This document shows, in pieces, positions 1 to 9,163 of a stretch of DNA of 64,000 nucleotides. A model generated the notes under the pieces. That model ran no database searches, was not told the origin of the DNA, and worked only from the letters and a program-made list of their open reading frames with translations. Position 1 is the stretch's first letter. Every line of letters starts with the position of its first letter. Origin of the DNA: Alphaproteobacteria bacterium (GTDB lineage Bacteria; Pseudomonadota; Alphaproteobacteria; UBA9655); contig CANGTV010000003.1 in the NCBI GenBank assembly GCA_947457015.1, forward strand, positions 1,958-65,957. Reading direction: 5' to 3'. Made by a program: the position numbers and the translations under genes.

Positions 1-752
1 TTTGGAGTTCTTCCCCAAAGCAAATGCTTGAGTTTCCTGCCAAAACGTTCGTAAATTTTTTCAACAATCATGGTCTTCTTTCTATCAATGATCACCCTCA
101 ATGGTATACGGTTGCAGGAGGAAGCGTTGAATATATCAAGAGAATCAGTCAGCGCTTGGGTGATAAAATCCGACTCAAGGAAGAAGTTGAAGAAGTCATA
201 AGAGAATCAGAGCATATTCTTATAAAAACCCACAAAGGGGGGATCTATAAATTCGATCATGTTGTTTTTGCTTGCCATTCTGATCAAGCCTTCCATATTC
301 TGAAGAATGCTTCTGATGATGAAAAATACGCCTTAAAATCCGTTCCTTATAAGGAAAATAAAGCCGTGCTTCATCGTGACCAAGCCTTTATGCCCCAACG
401 AAAAAAGTGTTGGAGCAGTTGGAATGTCCTCCTCGAGAGCAACCAACAAGAGCAGGATATTTCTCTCACCTATTGGATGAATCGATTGCAGAATATAGAT
501 GAGAAATTACCTATATTTCTCACGCTTAACCCTTCCCACGAAATCGAAGAAAAGTTCATATTTGATAAGCACACCTTTAGTCACCCCATTTTTGGTCCGT
601 CTTCCGATGAAGGAAAGAAGATGGTCACCCATATTCAAGGGAAAAAAAATACCTGGTATTGCGGAGCTTATCTGGGAAATGGGTTTCATGAGGATGGTAT
701 TAGAAGTGCTTCCAAAGTAGCTTCAGCCATGGGGGTTCCATTGCCATGGTAA
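1..752 (+). CDS. FAD/NAD(P)-binding oxidoreductase, amine-oxidase-like (UfaD-like); 5' end lies outside the window
   Basis: Frame is open to the window edge. C-terminal motifs YWMNRLQ and WYCGAYLGNGFHEDG are typical of the flavoprotein encoded upstream of DUF1365 and CFA-synthase genes. Overlaps the next ORF by 7 nt. Confidence 0.8.
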   Translation, partial: WSSSPKQMLEFPAKTFVNFFNNHGLLSINDHPQWYTVAGGSVEYIKRISQRLGDKIRLKEEVEEVIRESEHILIKTHKGGIYKFDHVVFACHSDQAFHILKNASDDEKYALKSVPYKENKAVLHRDQAFMPQRKKCWSSWNVLLESNQQEQDISLTYWMNRLQNIDEKLPIFLTLNPSHEIEEKFIFDKHTFSHPIFGPSSDEGKKMVTHIQGKKNTWYCGAYLGNGFHEDGIRSASKVASAMGVPLPW

Positions 753-1513
753 TCTCCCAAGGGCTTTTGATCGCTCGTGTTTTCCATAAACGTTATGCCC
801 CAAAAGAGAATGTATTTTCTTACAAGATTTACTATCTTTGTTTATTTCTTAGAGATTTTTTTCATTTGAACTTCTTCAGACTATTTTCTAAAAATAAGTT
901 TAATCTATTTTCTCTTTATGAGAAGGACTATGGTTTCCCTGATTTCAAACCGTTTCAAGGGGCGCTTCAAGAGCTAATCAATAAACAAGACCATCCTTTT
1001 AAAATTAAGGATGTTCTTCTTATAACTTTGCCAAGGGTTTTGGGGTATGCTTTCAATCCTATCAGCTTTTGGTTCTGTGTTGACGCTGGGGGGGATTTGA
1101 GAGCGGTTCTTTGTGAAGTGAACAATACCTTTGGAGAACGCCACGGCTATTTATGTATGAAAAATAAGGGTGATGTGATTTTGAAAGATGATATCACCAA
1201 AAGCCAAAAAGTGTTTCACGTTTCTCCCTTTTATTCTCTTAAAGGCGAGTATGAGTTTAGATTTCATATTGAAGGCTCATCAGTAGGCATTTGGATCGAT
1301 TATTATCTTGAGGGTAAAAAAACACTTTCAACGTCACTTATAGGAAAGCGAAAGGCATTAAATGATCGGACACTCATTTTAGCCTTCTTTCGTTATCCTC
1401 TTATCACCTTGAAGGTTATCTTTTTGATTCATTATCAGGCTTTGAAACTCTTTTCAAAAAGGATAAAGTACATAAAAAAACCACCCCCTCGTGAGGAAGA
1501 GATAACGAAATGA
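746..1513 (+). CDS. DUF1365 family protein (UfaO-like)
   Basis: 255-aa ORF. The N-terminal G-x-x-x-x-R-V-F-H-K-R motif and the conserved position between flavoprotein and CFA synthase fit DUF1365. ATGA overlap with the next gene. Confidence 0.8.
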   Translation: MVISQGLLIARVFHKRYAPKENVFSYKIYYLCLFLRDFFHLNFFRLFSKNKFNLFSLYEKDYGFPDFKPFQGALQELINKQDHPFKIKDVLLITLPRVLGYAFNPISFWFCVDAGGDLRAVLCEVNNTFGERHGYLCMKNKGDVILKDDITKSQKVFHVSPFYSLKGEYEFRFHIEGSSVGIWIDYYLEGKKTLSTSLIGKRKALNDRTLILAFFRYPLITLKVIFLIHYQALKLFSKRIKYIKKPPPREEEITK

Positions 1514-2682
1514 GAGAGTTTGAGCCTCTCTATGTAAGGGCATTTTTAAAATTACTAGAAAACTGTCCCTTTGGAACATTAAGTCTCAAAGGGCCAAACG
1601 GAAAAGTATGGCATTTTAAAGGCGAGAGCCTTGGTGTTGAAGCCGACATAGAAATCCAACACTGGGGAGCGATAAAGGCTGCCCTTTCAAGAGGCGATAT
1701 TGGGTTTGGAGAAGCTTATGTTCAGGGACTCTGGAACTCCTCGAATATTAGTAACCTTGTATCCTATGGCATTGGGAATATTAACTATCTTAGACAGTAT
1801 ATTAATGGGAACATTTTTCAGCGTTATGTAACATATTTGATAAATATTATTTTCAAGAAGAATACACTTTCAGGGAGTCGTCAAAATATTATGTCCCATT
1901 ATGATTTAGGGAATAATTTTTATGAACTATGGCTCGATTCCACAATGACCTATTCTTCAGGACTGCGCTATTCGGGAACTGAAGACCTTGAGCAATCCCA
2001 ACGCCAGAAATACGCCAGGATTCTGGGAAAAATTAGGAATCAAAATAAAGTCCTTGAAATTGGGTGCGGATGGGGAGGTTTCGCTGAAAAGGCAGCAATA
2101 GAAGGGCACGATGTTACCTCTCTTACGATTTCGCCCAGTCAGTCTATCTTTTCTAAAGAAAGGCTTGGATCAACAGCTAAGATTTTATTAGAAGATTATC
2201 GCAACACAAAAGGACTCTTTGACAGTATCGTCTCCATTGAGATGTTTGAGGCGGTTGGAGAGGCATACTGGCCAACTTATTTTAAAACGATTAAGAATCG
2301 TTTGAAGGAAGGGGGAAATGCCCTTATCCAAACGATTACGATTAATGATAATGAATTCAAAAATTATCGAAAGAGCAGCGATTATTTGAGGCACTATATA
2401 TTCCCGGGTGGGATGTTACCCTCTTCTGAGAAGTTTGAATTTCATGCTAAAAAGGCAGGGCTTTCGATTAAAGACACCTTGTGCTTTGGCCAAGATTACG
2501 CATGGACACTGCAAGAATGGGAAAAGCGTTTTTGTGAGGCAAAATCAAAGATCATGAAACTGGGATTCAATGATGAATTTATAAGAAGCTGGCTTTATTA
2601 CTTTGGTCTTTGTAGAGGTGGATTTCAAATGGAGCGCATTAGTGTTATGCAGGTTGAGCTTATCCATGAAGAGGAACAATAG
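1510..2682 (+). CDS. cfa: Cyclopropane-fatty-acyl-phospholipid synthase family SAM-dependent methyltransferase
   Basis: 390 aa. SAM-binding motif VLEIGCGWGGFA, CFA-synthase-like C-terminus (YDYLRHYIFPGGMLPS, WEKRF). Confidence 0.88.
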   Translation: MREFEPLYVRAFLKLLENCPFGTLSLKGPNGKVWHFKGESLGVEADIEIQHWGAIKAALSRGDIGFGEAYVQGLWNSSNISNLVSYGIGNINYLRQYINGNIFQRYVTYLINIIFKKNTLSGSRQNIMSHYDLGNNFYELWLDSTMTYSSGLRYSGTEDLEQSQRQKYARILGKIRNQNKVLEIGCGWGGFAEKAAIEGHDVTSLTISPSQSIFSKERLGSTAKILLEDYRNTKGLFDSIVSIEMFEAVGEAYWPTYFKTIKNRLKEGGNALIQTITINDNEFKNYRKSSDYLRHYIFPGGMLPSSEKFEFHAKKAGLSIKDTLCFGQDYAWTLQEWEKRFCEAKSKIMKLGFNDEFIRSWLYYFGLCRGGFQMERISVMQVELIHEEEQ

Positions 2683-2685
2683 CTT

Positions 2686-3960
2686 TTGAGCTCTGAAACG
2701 ACTTCTCAGCTCCCTCATAGAAGCCTCTACTTTCGCTATAGCCTTATTGCCATTCCTCTTTCATTTGTAGGCCTTCCTCTTTATATTCATATTCCAAAAT
2801 TTTATTATGATTTCTATGAAGTTGAGCTACAAAATTTGGGGATGATCCTACTTCTCTTAAGACTCACGGATGCTTTATTGGATCCTTTTATTGGATACGT
2901 TTCAGATAGGAATCAAGCCAACTTGAAACAGATAATGATTCTTGGAGGGATCCTCCTGATCATTGGGTTTAATGGTCTTTTCTGGGCCCCATCAACATTT
3001 GGACAGGACGGATTAATCATCTGGTTTTCTCTTTTCACGGCAATCTCTTACCTGGGATATAGCCTGCTTGCCATTAATTTTTATGGCGCTGGACTCAACG
3101 TTGATCAAACCTATCAGGGGAGGACAACTCTTTCTTCATACCGAGAAGGCTTGGGTCTCGGGGGTGTTCTTTTGGCTGCTATCTTGCCCTCTTTTCTTGA
3201 ACTCTTCTTCGCAAAGCAGTCCGCTTTTCAAATTTATGGATGCATTTTCGCGACATGGATCATCCTGGCTTTGTTTCTGTTTCCCAAACTCAAAGGTATT
3301 TCAAACCCGATTCCCATTGATATTTGGCGCCATTTTAAGAAATTTCTTTCACAAAGGCGCTCTTCTTGGTGGCTCTTCCTCTTATTTTTTATTAACGCTT
3401 TACCTGTTGGAATCACCTCAACTCTTTTTCTTTTTTTTGTTGGTTCAATCCTCACTGCGGATAGTTTTGCAGGGGCTTTTTTGACAACCTACTTTTTAGC
3501 TGCTGCGGTGAGTACCTTTTTTTGGAATGCGGTTTCAAAGAAGTGGGGGAAGAGACAAACTCTTTATACATCAATGGCTTTAGCCATTTTTTCCTTTATA
3601 GGCTCCTATTATTTGACGACCGAATCTGCACATTGGTTTTTCCTGATTTGTTTTCTCTCCGGGTTTGCCTTAGGAGGAGACTTAACCCTCCTTCCTTCCC
3701 TTCTAGCTGATGTTGTAGGAACGAAAACAGAGTTAAGAAATATGAATTTCTCGCTCTGGCAATTTATCAACAAGACGGCTTTGGCAATGACCTCGGGGTT
3801 TCTTTTTCTCTTTCTTCCCCACCTTGACGGGAATCAAACTCAGGCTTACTCGCCTTCTGTCTTGCACTGGTCTTATGCTCTGATTCCCTGTATGATCAAA
3901 ATGATGGCAATGATCATTCTTTACGTGAGCCCCATTGATTTAGGGAGAGAGAAAAAATGA
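2686..3960 (+). CDS. MFS transporter (GPH/sugar-cation symporter-like)
   Basis: 424 aa and multi-pass hydrophobic, with the LRLTDALLDPFIGYVSDR motif typical of GPH-type MFS. TTG start 3 nt after the cfa stop; no in-frame ATG nearby. Confidence 0.75.
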   Translation: MSSETTSQLPHRSLYFRYSLIAIPLSFVGLPLYIHIPKFYYDFYEVELQNLGMILLLLRLTDALLDPFIGYVSDRNQANLKQIMILGGILLIIGFNGLFWAPSTFGQDGLIIWFSLFTAISYLGYSLLAINFYGAGLNVDQTYQGRTTLSSYREGLGLGGVLLAAILPSFLELFFAKQSAFQIYGCIFATWIILALFLFPKLKGISNPIPIDIWRHFKKFLSQRRSSWWLFLLFFINALPVGITSTLFLFFVGSILTADSFAGAFLTTYFLAAAVSTFFWNAVSKKWGKRQTLYTSMALAIFSFIGSYYLTTESAHWFFLICFLSGFALGGDLTLLPSLLADVVGTKTELRNMNFSLWQFINKTALAMTSGFLFLFLPHLDGNQTQAYSPSVLHWSYALIPCMIKMMAMIILYVSPIDLGREKK

Positions 3961-4487
3961 AAAAATTATATCTCATTCTAACTGGGTTTTCTTTCTTACT
4001 TGCCGGGTGTTCTGATAAATCCATAGAGGAATATAAAGACATGAAACCAAAATTAAACATAGTTGAGTACTTTCAGGGAAGACTTGAAGCTAATGGCATT
4101 CTTTTTGATTTCCTGGGCCGCCCTAAACGTTACTTTCACGCAGAGATGACGGGAGAAAAAAAGGGGAAGACACTCGTTTTAGATGAGCACTTTATATTTG
4201 ATGATGGCGAAAAAACCCATAGAATCTGGGAAATTACACTCAAAAATGATCACGAGTTTTCAGGAAAGGCTGCTGATGTAATAGGCATCGCTCAGGGCCG
4301 ACAAATGGGAAACGCGGTAAATATAAAATATGTTTTAAGAGTTCCATACAATAAGTCCACCCTGGATCTTTCCATGGATGATTGGATGTACCTCATGAAT
4401 GACACCACAATTATAAACCGAACAAGTATGAAGAAATTTGGAATCAAGGTTGGCGAATTGCTTTTAGTGATTCAGAAAAAATTATGA
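3957..4487 (+). CDS. DUF3833 family lipoprotein
   Basis: Lipobox LLAGC after a signal peptide. Sequence resembles DUF3833 (YFQGRLEANGILFD...). ATGA overlap on both sides. Confidence 0.75.
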   Translation: MKKLYLILTGFSFLLAGCSDKSIEEYKDMKPKLNIVEYFQGRLEANGILFDFLGRPKRYFHAEMTGEKKGKTLVLDEHFIFDDGEKTHRIWEITLKNDHEFSGKAADVIGIAQGRQMGNAVNIKYVLRVPYNKSTLDLSMDDWMYLMNDTTIINRTSMKKFGIKVGELLLVIQKKL

Positions 4488-5233
4488 CAGATTTTAGAAA
4501 CAAAAAAATTTGGATTGTGGGAGCCAGTGAGGGTATTGGCAGGTCTCTTGCCAAAAAACTCGCTGCTGCAGGGGCTACCCTCATTCTTTCAGCACGCAGT
4601 ATGGATCGCCTCGACTCTCTTCTTGAAGAGCTAAAGGGGGAACATCTCATTGTCTCTCTTGATGTTACAGAAGGAAAATCAGTGGAAAGGGCCTGGGAAA
4701 AAATTGAATCTTTAAAATTTGTTCCTGACATATTCATCTACAACTCTGGGTATTATGAACCAATGAGTGCGATGAATTGTGATTTTGAGATTGTTAAAAA
4801 AATGCTCGATATTAATCTTTATGGAACATTTACCGTCCTTTCAAAAATCATTCCTACCTTTCTTCAAAATCGCAAAGGCCACATAGTCCTCGTTGGAAGT
4901 GTTGCTGGATACTCAGGACTTCCTCGATCTATGGGGTACGGCGCAAGCAAGGCGGGTGTCATTAATCTTGCTGAGAGCCTTTATTGTGATCTTAAAAAGC
5001 AGGGAATTCGCGTCCAAGTCGTGAATCCTGGGTTTGTCAAAACACGCCTGACAGCTAAAAATACATTTGATATGCCTTTTATTATTACAGCAGATAAGGC
5101 GGCAAATTATATCTTTAAAGGGCTGACTTCGTCCTCATTTGAGATCCGGTTTCCTTGGTTTTTTTCAACTTTATTAAAGATCCTCAGAATTCTCCCGTAT
5201 CCTCTTTATTTTTTTCTCCTTCGAAAATTATAA
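4484..5233 (+). CDS. SDR family oxidoreductase
   Basis: N-terminal GASEGIGRSLA Rossmann motif, YGASKAG catalytic motif, 249 aa. Confidence 0.9.
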   Translation: MTDFRNKKIWIVGASEGIGRSLAKKLAAAGATLILSARSMDRLDSLLEELKGEHLIVSLDVTEGKSVERAWEKIESLKFVPDIFIYNSGYYEPMSAMNCDFEIVKKMLDINLYGTFTVLSKIIPTFLQNRKGHIVLVGSVAGYSGLPRSMGYGASKAGVINLAESLYCDLKKQGIRVQVVNPGFVKTRLTAKNTFDMPFIITADKAANYIFKGLTSSSFEIRFPWFFSTLLKILRILPYPLYFFLLRKL

Positions 5234-5543
5234 AAGGATCCCTATCTTTAAACGCGTATCTACAAATATTATTCTTGAGTGCTCTTATCAATTATTCATC
5301 AATAGAGTGTAGTTTATGGCTATAAATTTAACATTATAAAGAGGGCGCTGATAGGAGGTTTTTTACTTTTACACCCAGGATGGAATTTCTATATTTTCTT
5401 CAAATATTATATTTCTCTCTGGGGGAATCTTTTCCCACATCTTTGTTTGCCGAAGTCGCAAATTTAGTTTTCCAACTGCTACCTATTTGCTACCTAGAGG
5501 ATTTTCCCGTTCTCCTCTAACCCTTCAAAACCCCTTCGTTTCG

Positions 5544-5619
5544 TGGTGGGCGCTGAAGGATTCGAACCTTCGACCCTCTGATTAAAAGTCAGATGCTCTA
5601 CCGACTGAGCTAAGCGCCC
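5544..5619 (-). tRNA. tRNA-Lys (anticodon UUU), CCA encoded
   Basis: Reverse complement reads GGGCGCTTAGCTCAGTCGGTAGAGCATCTGACTTTTAATCAGAGGGTCGAAGGTTCGAATCCTTCAGCGCCCACCA. It has a 7-bp acceptor stem, anticodon loop CT-TTT-AA and T-loop GGTTCGAATCC. Confidence 0.95.
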
Positions 5620-5663
5620 GAAACTGTGGGTGACAATATAAGTATCTTAAAAAGAGGTCAACC

Positions 5664-6542
5664 TTAATCATTCTTCTTCTTGCGTGCTTCGGAAAAAAGA
5701 ATGATGAGGCCTGAGGCAATGACAATGCCACATCCTAGAAGAAGAGACGTCGTGGGCCAATTTTCATAGAGGATAATATCCAGAAGAACGCTCCACAGCA
5801 TAGCCGAATAAATCATCGGCGCCAGAACGCCCGCAGGGGCATTGTAATAAGCAAAGGTCACGCACAATTGTCCTAAGCCCCCACCCAACCCTAGGCAAAT
5901 AAGCGCAATCCATCCCCCCATATCTGGCGTTACCCACACAAAGGGAAGAAAGGGAAGAATGACGCAGGCAGGAAGGAGAGAGCCTAAAAAGGTCAGCATG
6001 TAGCTATTGCAATTGGAGGACAAAAGACGCCCATAAAGGTTAAAAGCAGCCTCCATCAAAGCGCCCATGACCACAAAAACCGCTCCCCAATGGAACACAT
6101 CCCCGCTGGGCTTAGCGATAATTAAAACGCCGAAAATTCCAATAACGACCGCTAGCCATTGGAGGATGCCCACCTTTTCTCTTAAAATAGGATAGGACAA
6201 CAGGACAAGAAAGAAAGTCGACGAGAAATATAAGGCCATAGAGTTGGACAAGGACAGCTTTCCAATTCCTGTGAATAAAAAATAAAATCCAATGGCAAGC
6301 AGAAAGGCGCGCTTAATATGGATCATCCATTCGAAAGATGTCGGGCGCATCCATCCCCCCCGCACAATGAGGAAAATGATGGCGGGAAAGGTTGCAAAAA
6401 AACACCTGAAAAAAATGAGCTGCACAGGGCTATACTGAGAAGTTGTGCCCTTAATAATCGCATTCAGGACAGAAAAAATCAGCATAGCGAGGATAATAAA
6501 AAAGATACCGCGCTTGGTGGAGGAGGAAGAAGTTTGGGTCAT
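5664..6542 (-). CDS. DMT superfamily (EamA-like) transporter
   Basis: Ten-TM-like hydrophobic profile with two EamA-like halves. I place the start at the MTQTSSS ATG (6542) because the longer ORF would overlap the tolA 3' end. Confidence 0.8.
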   Translation of the reverse strand: MTQTSSSSTKRGIFFIILAMLIFSVLNAIIKGTTSQYSPVQLIFFRCFFATFPAIIFLIVRGGWMRPTSFEWMIHIKRAFLLAIGFYFLFTGIGKLSLSNSMALYFSSTFFLVLLSYPILREKVGILQWLAVVIGIFGVLIIAKPSGDVFHWGAVFVVMGALMEAAFNLYGRLLSSNCNSYMLTFLGSLLPACVILPFLPFVWVTPDMGGWIALICLGLGGGLGQLCVTFAYYNAPAGVLAPMIYSAMLWSVLLDIILYENWPTTSLLLGCGIVIASGLIILFSEARKKKND

Positions 6543-6549
6543 AACAACC

Positions 6550-7422
6550 TCATAAAATATGCTGCGGGTCAAAGCGAATCTCGATGGTCTTCCATTCCTC
6601 ATAGCGATCAAGGGGAAGCTTCAACGGACTACACTGAGGGTTTTTAACCGCCCTTAAGGCACTATCCGCAGCGGCTTTTGCGAAGGCTCCGCCTTTACCG
6701 CTTGAGCCTGTCACAACAGCCGAGCGCACTGTGGCATCCGGATTCATTTCAACTTTGATATCTACATAAAGATCTTTCGCATCTCGCGCCCCTGCAGGAA
6801 CATTCCAACAAGCGGCGAGTTGACGCCGAATCAGGTCAAGCTCCGTAATGGACAAAACATCACTGATATTATTAGCCGCGTGGTCCGCTGTGGAGTCAAT
6901 GTCCTGCTCGGGTTGTGATTTGCCTTCTGAGGATGCTTCCGTTTTATCAATGTTATTCAAAAGCGCCATAAAATCTTTCTTCTTTTTCTTCTTCGGCTTC
7001 TCTTTCTTCTTTTCTTTCTTTTTTTCCTTAGGCTTTTCCTTCTTTTCTTCTTTTGGCTTTTCTTTTTCCAGCGGCGCTAAAAGATCATCCATGGTAAGCG
7101 TGAGTTCTGGCGTTTGGTCAGCAATAGGCTCAACCTTTTCAGGCTCAGGCGTTTTTTCAGGCTCAACCTCGACTATTTCCTCAACCACAGGCGTGGGTTT
7201 AGGAGGAACAGGTTTTTCCTCCTTTACCTCTTTAACAGGGCTGTCCTCTTTGGGCTTTACTTTAGGAGCGGGAGCTTGAGTGAGGTCCGCAATATTGACA
7301 ATTTCAATGGGAATAATGGGAGGCGGCTCTAACTCACGGCGAAAAATATTAGGTAATCCAATCAATAATAAAAGGATAACAACACCATGTAAAAGACCTG
7401 AAAGAATGGCACCATCACGCAT
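6550..7422 (-). CDS. tolA: Cell envelope integrity protein TolA
   Basis: N-terminal TM anchor, long Pro/Lys/Glu-rich linker (KPKEEKKEKPKEKKKEKKKEKPKKKKKK), TolA/TonB-type C-terminal domain. Follows tolQ-tolR. Confidence 0.85.
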   Translation of the reverse strand: MRDGAILSGLLHGVVILLLLIGLPNIFRRELEPPPIIPIEIVNIADLTQAPAPKVKPKEDSPVKEVKEEKPVPPKPTPVVEEIVEVEPEKTPEPEKVEPIADQTPELTLTMDDLLAPLEKEKPKEEKKEKPKEKKKEKKKEKPKKKKKKDFMALLNNIDKTEASSEGKSQPEQDIDSTADHAANNISDVLSITELDLIRRQLAACWNVPAGARDAKDLYVDIKVEMNPDATVRSAVVTGSSGKGGAFAKAAADSALRAVKNPQCSPLKLPLDRYEEWKTIEIRFDPQHIL

Positions 7423-7430
7423 GGATTTCT

Positions 7431-7892
7431 TTACTTTCGCCCTTTAGCTGGAGGGGCCGCTGTAGGAAGCTCCGACAAAAGAGCAACTTTTGTAAACCCG
7501 GCTGAACTAATGGCTCCCATGACTTCCATCACACGTCCATAGAAAATCCCTTTGTCTCCTCGAATATAAATGCGCGCCTCAGGGTTAGAGCCTGTAATCG
7601 CCACAAGGCGGGGGACCAACACATCCAGCTCAAGGGGCGTTTCTTGGAGATAAAGGACGCCTTTTGCGTCCACCGTAATGGTGAGCGGCTCATCCTTTTC
7701 ATTCATGGTAGAGGCTTTTGCTTTCGGAAGGTCCACCGGAACACCTACGGTTAACAAAGGAGCTGTCACCATAAAAATAACAAGCAGCACAAGCATCACG
7801 TCTACAAGGGGCGTGACGTTAATTTCCGCCGTAATATGAGCCTTCCTCCGTTGTGGCCCGCGTCGTCCTGATGGTCCCAGAGAAACGGCCAT
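7431..7892 (-). CDS. tolR: ExbD/TolR family protein TolR
   Basis: Motif INVTPLVDVMLVLLVIFMV. Start set at MAVSLGP (7892), just after the tolQ stop; the longer ORF overlaps tolQ. Confidence 0.88.
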   Translation of the reverse strand: MAVSLGPSGRRGPQRRKAHITAEINVTPLVDVMLVLLVIFMVTAPLLTVGVPVDLPKAKASTMNEKDEPLTITVDAKGVLYLQETPLELDVLVPRLVAITGSNPEARIYIRGDKGIFYGRVMEVMGAISSAGFTKVALLSELPTAAPPAKGRK

Positions 7893-7893
7893 C

Positions 7894-8622
7894 TTAGTGT
7901 CCTTCTTCCAATTGACGTGAAATAATGGCGCCAAACTCATGGGAGAACGAATCAAGGCGTGTTGCGTAGCGATTGAGTTCGAGGGAGATCTTCTGATAGG
8001 CCATCACAGCTGGAATGGCTGCCACAAGGCCAATGGCTGTGGCAAAAAGTGCTTCTGCAATTCCGGGCGCCACAACCGCAAGGCTTGTATTTTGAGAGGC
8101 CGCAATGGATTGAAAGCTGTTCATAATCCCCCACACGGTTCCAAAAAGACCAATGAAGGTAGCGGTAGACCCTACGGACGCTAAAAAGCCCATATGACGC
8201 TCTAACTTGTCCATTTCGCGGTTGAGGGTCACTTGCATAGCTTTATCGATACGCTCTTGGAGGGTAACGGAAGATCGTGGCGCTGTCCCTGCTCGCTTCC
8301 ACTCTTTCATAGCGGCTGCAAAGATAGCGCTCATGGGATCGCGGGGACGGTTGCCAATGCGCTCAAAAAGCACTTCTAACGACCCGCCTGACCAGAAGGA
8401 ATCCTCAAACTTGTTAGCCGTTGAGAAAAGGTTCTTAATACGAATTCCTTTGTTAAAAATAATGGCCCAAGACCACACAGAGGCTGCAAACAGGCCAATG
8501 ATCACCACCTTGACCACAAGGTCAGCGGATAAAAAAAGGCCCCAGATGGACAAGTCATGGGTTATAGCTTGTGCAGCAACAGCAACATTCGCAATATCGG
8601 GTAGGGCAGCAGGGGTATTCAT
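7894..8622 (-). CDS. tolQ: MotA/TolQ/ExbB proton channel protein TolQ
   Basis: 242 aa, three TM segments, conserved GLFGTVWGIMNSF and VAPGIAEALFATAIGL motifs. Confidence 0.92.
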   Translation of the reverse strand: MNTPAALPDIANVAVAAQAITHDLSIWGLFLSADLVVKVVIIGLFAASVWSWAIIFNKGIRIKNLFSTANKFEDSFWSGGSLEVLFERIGNRPRDPMSAIFAAAMKEWKRAGTAPRSSVTLQERIDKAMQVTLNREMDKLERHMGFLASVGSTATFIGLFGTVWGIMNSFQSIAASQNTSLAVVAPGIAEALFATAIGLVAAIPAVMAYQKISLELNRYATRLDSFSHEFGAIISRQLEEGH

Positions 8623-9032
8623 TCTTCTCTCTCCAAATCAATAAGCAAACGCCGTAAAGCGTCATCTAGTTTTACAGGCTTGCCTTTTGAATTCACGCAA
8701 GCCAACACAACATCAAGGGTTGCGATCGGTTTATCCTCACAAAAAATGTCCTGGGAAAGATCAAGCTTGGCATGCCCCATTTTTTTAAGGTGAGTTCTTA
8801 CTTCTAATACATCATCTAAGCAAGCCGGTGCAAGGCAGTTTAACACACACGTGCGCACAACAAACGCGTTATCCTTCTTCGCCACAAGCTCAGACCGATT
8901 AAATCCTAAACTTCGCAAGAGTTCCGTTCGCGCCCGTTCTGCAAACTTTAAATAATTTGCATGATAGACAATGCCTCCCATATCCGTATCTTCAATGTAA
9001 ACACGTATGGGAAAGGTGTGCGCATTTTTCAT
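8619..9032 (-). CDS. ybgC: Tol-Pal-associated acyl-CoA thioesterase YbgC
   Basis: 4HBT hot-dog fold signature (VYIEDTDMGGIVYHANYLKFAERAR). ATGA overlap with tolQ. Confidence 0.9.
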   Translation of the reverse strand: MKNAHTFPIRVYIEDTDMGGIVYHANYLKFAERARTELLRSLGFNRSELVAKKDNAFVVRTCVLNCLAPACLDDVLEVRTHLKKMGHAKLDLSQDIFCEDKPIATLDVVLACVNSKGKPVKLDDALRRLLIDLEREE

Positions 9033-9163
9033 TTTTGTTTTATACCATTTAATCTTATACTAATTCACTCTTAATGTAATATGATTCACGCATATCTTAT
9101 GGATTTTATATTTTCACAATATCAGAAAATTGATCAAGAGTAAAAATTTTTAATTGGCCATCT

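Noticed and set aside
5234-5543. Possible small ORF (MEFLYFLQILYFSLGESFPTSLFAEVANLVFQLLPICYLEDFPVLL) or an attachment-site remnant between the SDR gene and tRNA-Lys.
   Set aside because: The nearest AGGAGG is about 20 nt from the ATG. There is no homology and no repeat of the tRNA 3' end, so the evidence is insufficient.
6848-7332. Plus-strand ORFs with Phe/Ser/Gly-rich translations.
   Set aside because: They are the antisense reading of the Lys/Glu/Pro-rich low-complexity linker of tolA.
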